A stretch of 50,726 bases of DNA, the filler included, from Jimgerdemannia flammicorona (Eukaryota): assembly GCA_003990765.1 (NCBI GenBank). It is 2 parts of 2 records of this genome, joined end to end, with 100 filler letters (N's around TTAATTAATTAA, not from the genome) between each part and the next. Parts side by side here need not be neighbours in the genome. Positions count along the whole stretch, not along the records: positions 25,421 to 50,726 come from RBNJ01000851.1; 1 more part is not named here. One strand, written 5' to 3'. Each line of letters starts with the position of its first letter. Within the stretch, counting starts at the first letter, position 1. This document shows, piece by piece, positions 50,150 through 50,726 of the stretch. Both the position numbers and the translations under genes were made by a program. A model generated the notes under the pieces. It saw only the letters and a program-made list of their open reading frames with translations. It searched no databases and was not told the origin of the DNA.

Positions 50150-50726
50150 GTTATATAGTTCTAGAAGAGTTTTCTGGAAGTTCTGAATATTCTGGAAGAC
50201 TGTTTTCTTAAGGTCAAGATGGAGTACATCCTCTATGCTTATTGATTTCAAGATTGGTTTGACATCTCAACTAAAGTCATTTCTTTAGACTTGTTCTAAA
50301 TGTTCAGAATTTTTCATATTTCAGGAAGTTTAAGAAACTAAGGCCAGCTTAGTTGAATTGGAATATTGCTGCAGATAATACCCAATCAGGAAATTTCAGG
50401 ATCTAGTTAGGAGTGGGATCTAATATAGTACAGATTTACTTAAGAGTGATTTGTGGGTTATTAAATAGATTTATTTGCTATTTATGATATTACTATACTA
50501 GAAGTAGGGTATGAAGAAATATTGTGTAAAGAAGTGTTTACCTGTATTCTTATCTGTTAGAGTCTATATTCCTGTCTGTTTGAGTCTATATTCCTATCAG
50601 TTTGAGTCAGAGTTCTGAGATCTAGAGATCATTGTCTTCTGCTTTATCATTATTAAACTAAATTATATTATAGATATTCTTCATAGTATATCCAACTTGG
50701 GGCATTCATAGAATGTGGTCATCAGG
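50150..50726 (-). repeat. Inverted, internally deleted long-type LTR fragment
   Basis: Reverse complement matches the LTR 3' part; the last ~60 bp match the MPQVGY region of the LTR ORF. Confidence 0.8.

Larger units (their letters stand above)
46261..50150 (-). mobile_element. Ty1/Copia retrotransposon 3' part, interrupted by a solo LTR
   Basis: Minus-strand RNase H remnants AISSIQAEYQVLS, NNQSIIVLAKNPVHYSRMNHINI and MITDLLMKALP; PPT-like GAGCAGGAG before the LTR. Confidence 0.85.

Overview
Eukaryotic, intron-rich fungal-type DNA (probably an early-diverging lineage such as Mucoromycota; inferred from gene style and TE repertoire). It is mostly nested, C->T/G->A-decayed transposons plus two apparently intact spliced genes. 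Left of the artificial N-spacer (25321-25420): the end of a TAGTG-terminated DNA transposon (1-740); a Ty3/Gypsy element with dUTPase and an extra 3' ORF (741-13065), split by a 6.3-kb hAT element (3260-9536, 8-bp TSD); a heavily mutated DIRS/Ngaro-type tyrosine-recombinase retroelement on the minus strand, interrupted by an ORF-bearing solo LTR; a LINE; and a further hAT end. Right of the spacer: a non-autonomous chromovirus-like element with nested and inverted LTRs, a RIC1 gene (36721-43015), a P-loop NTPase + PD-(D/E)xK nuclease gene (43724-46195), and a Copia relic interrupted by a 2063-bp ORF-bearing solo LTR. The two most notable signals are (i) a spliced HxD...H 2OG-Fe(II) dioxygenase-like (TET/JBP-like) cargo gene inside the hAT element, and (ii) one uncharacterised protein family encoded by three different LTR families, in two of them inside the LTR itself. 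All protein calls are motif recognition by eye; no searches were run.
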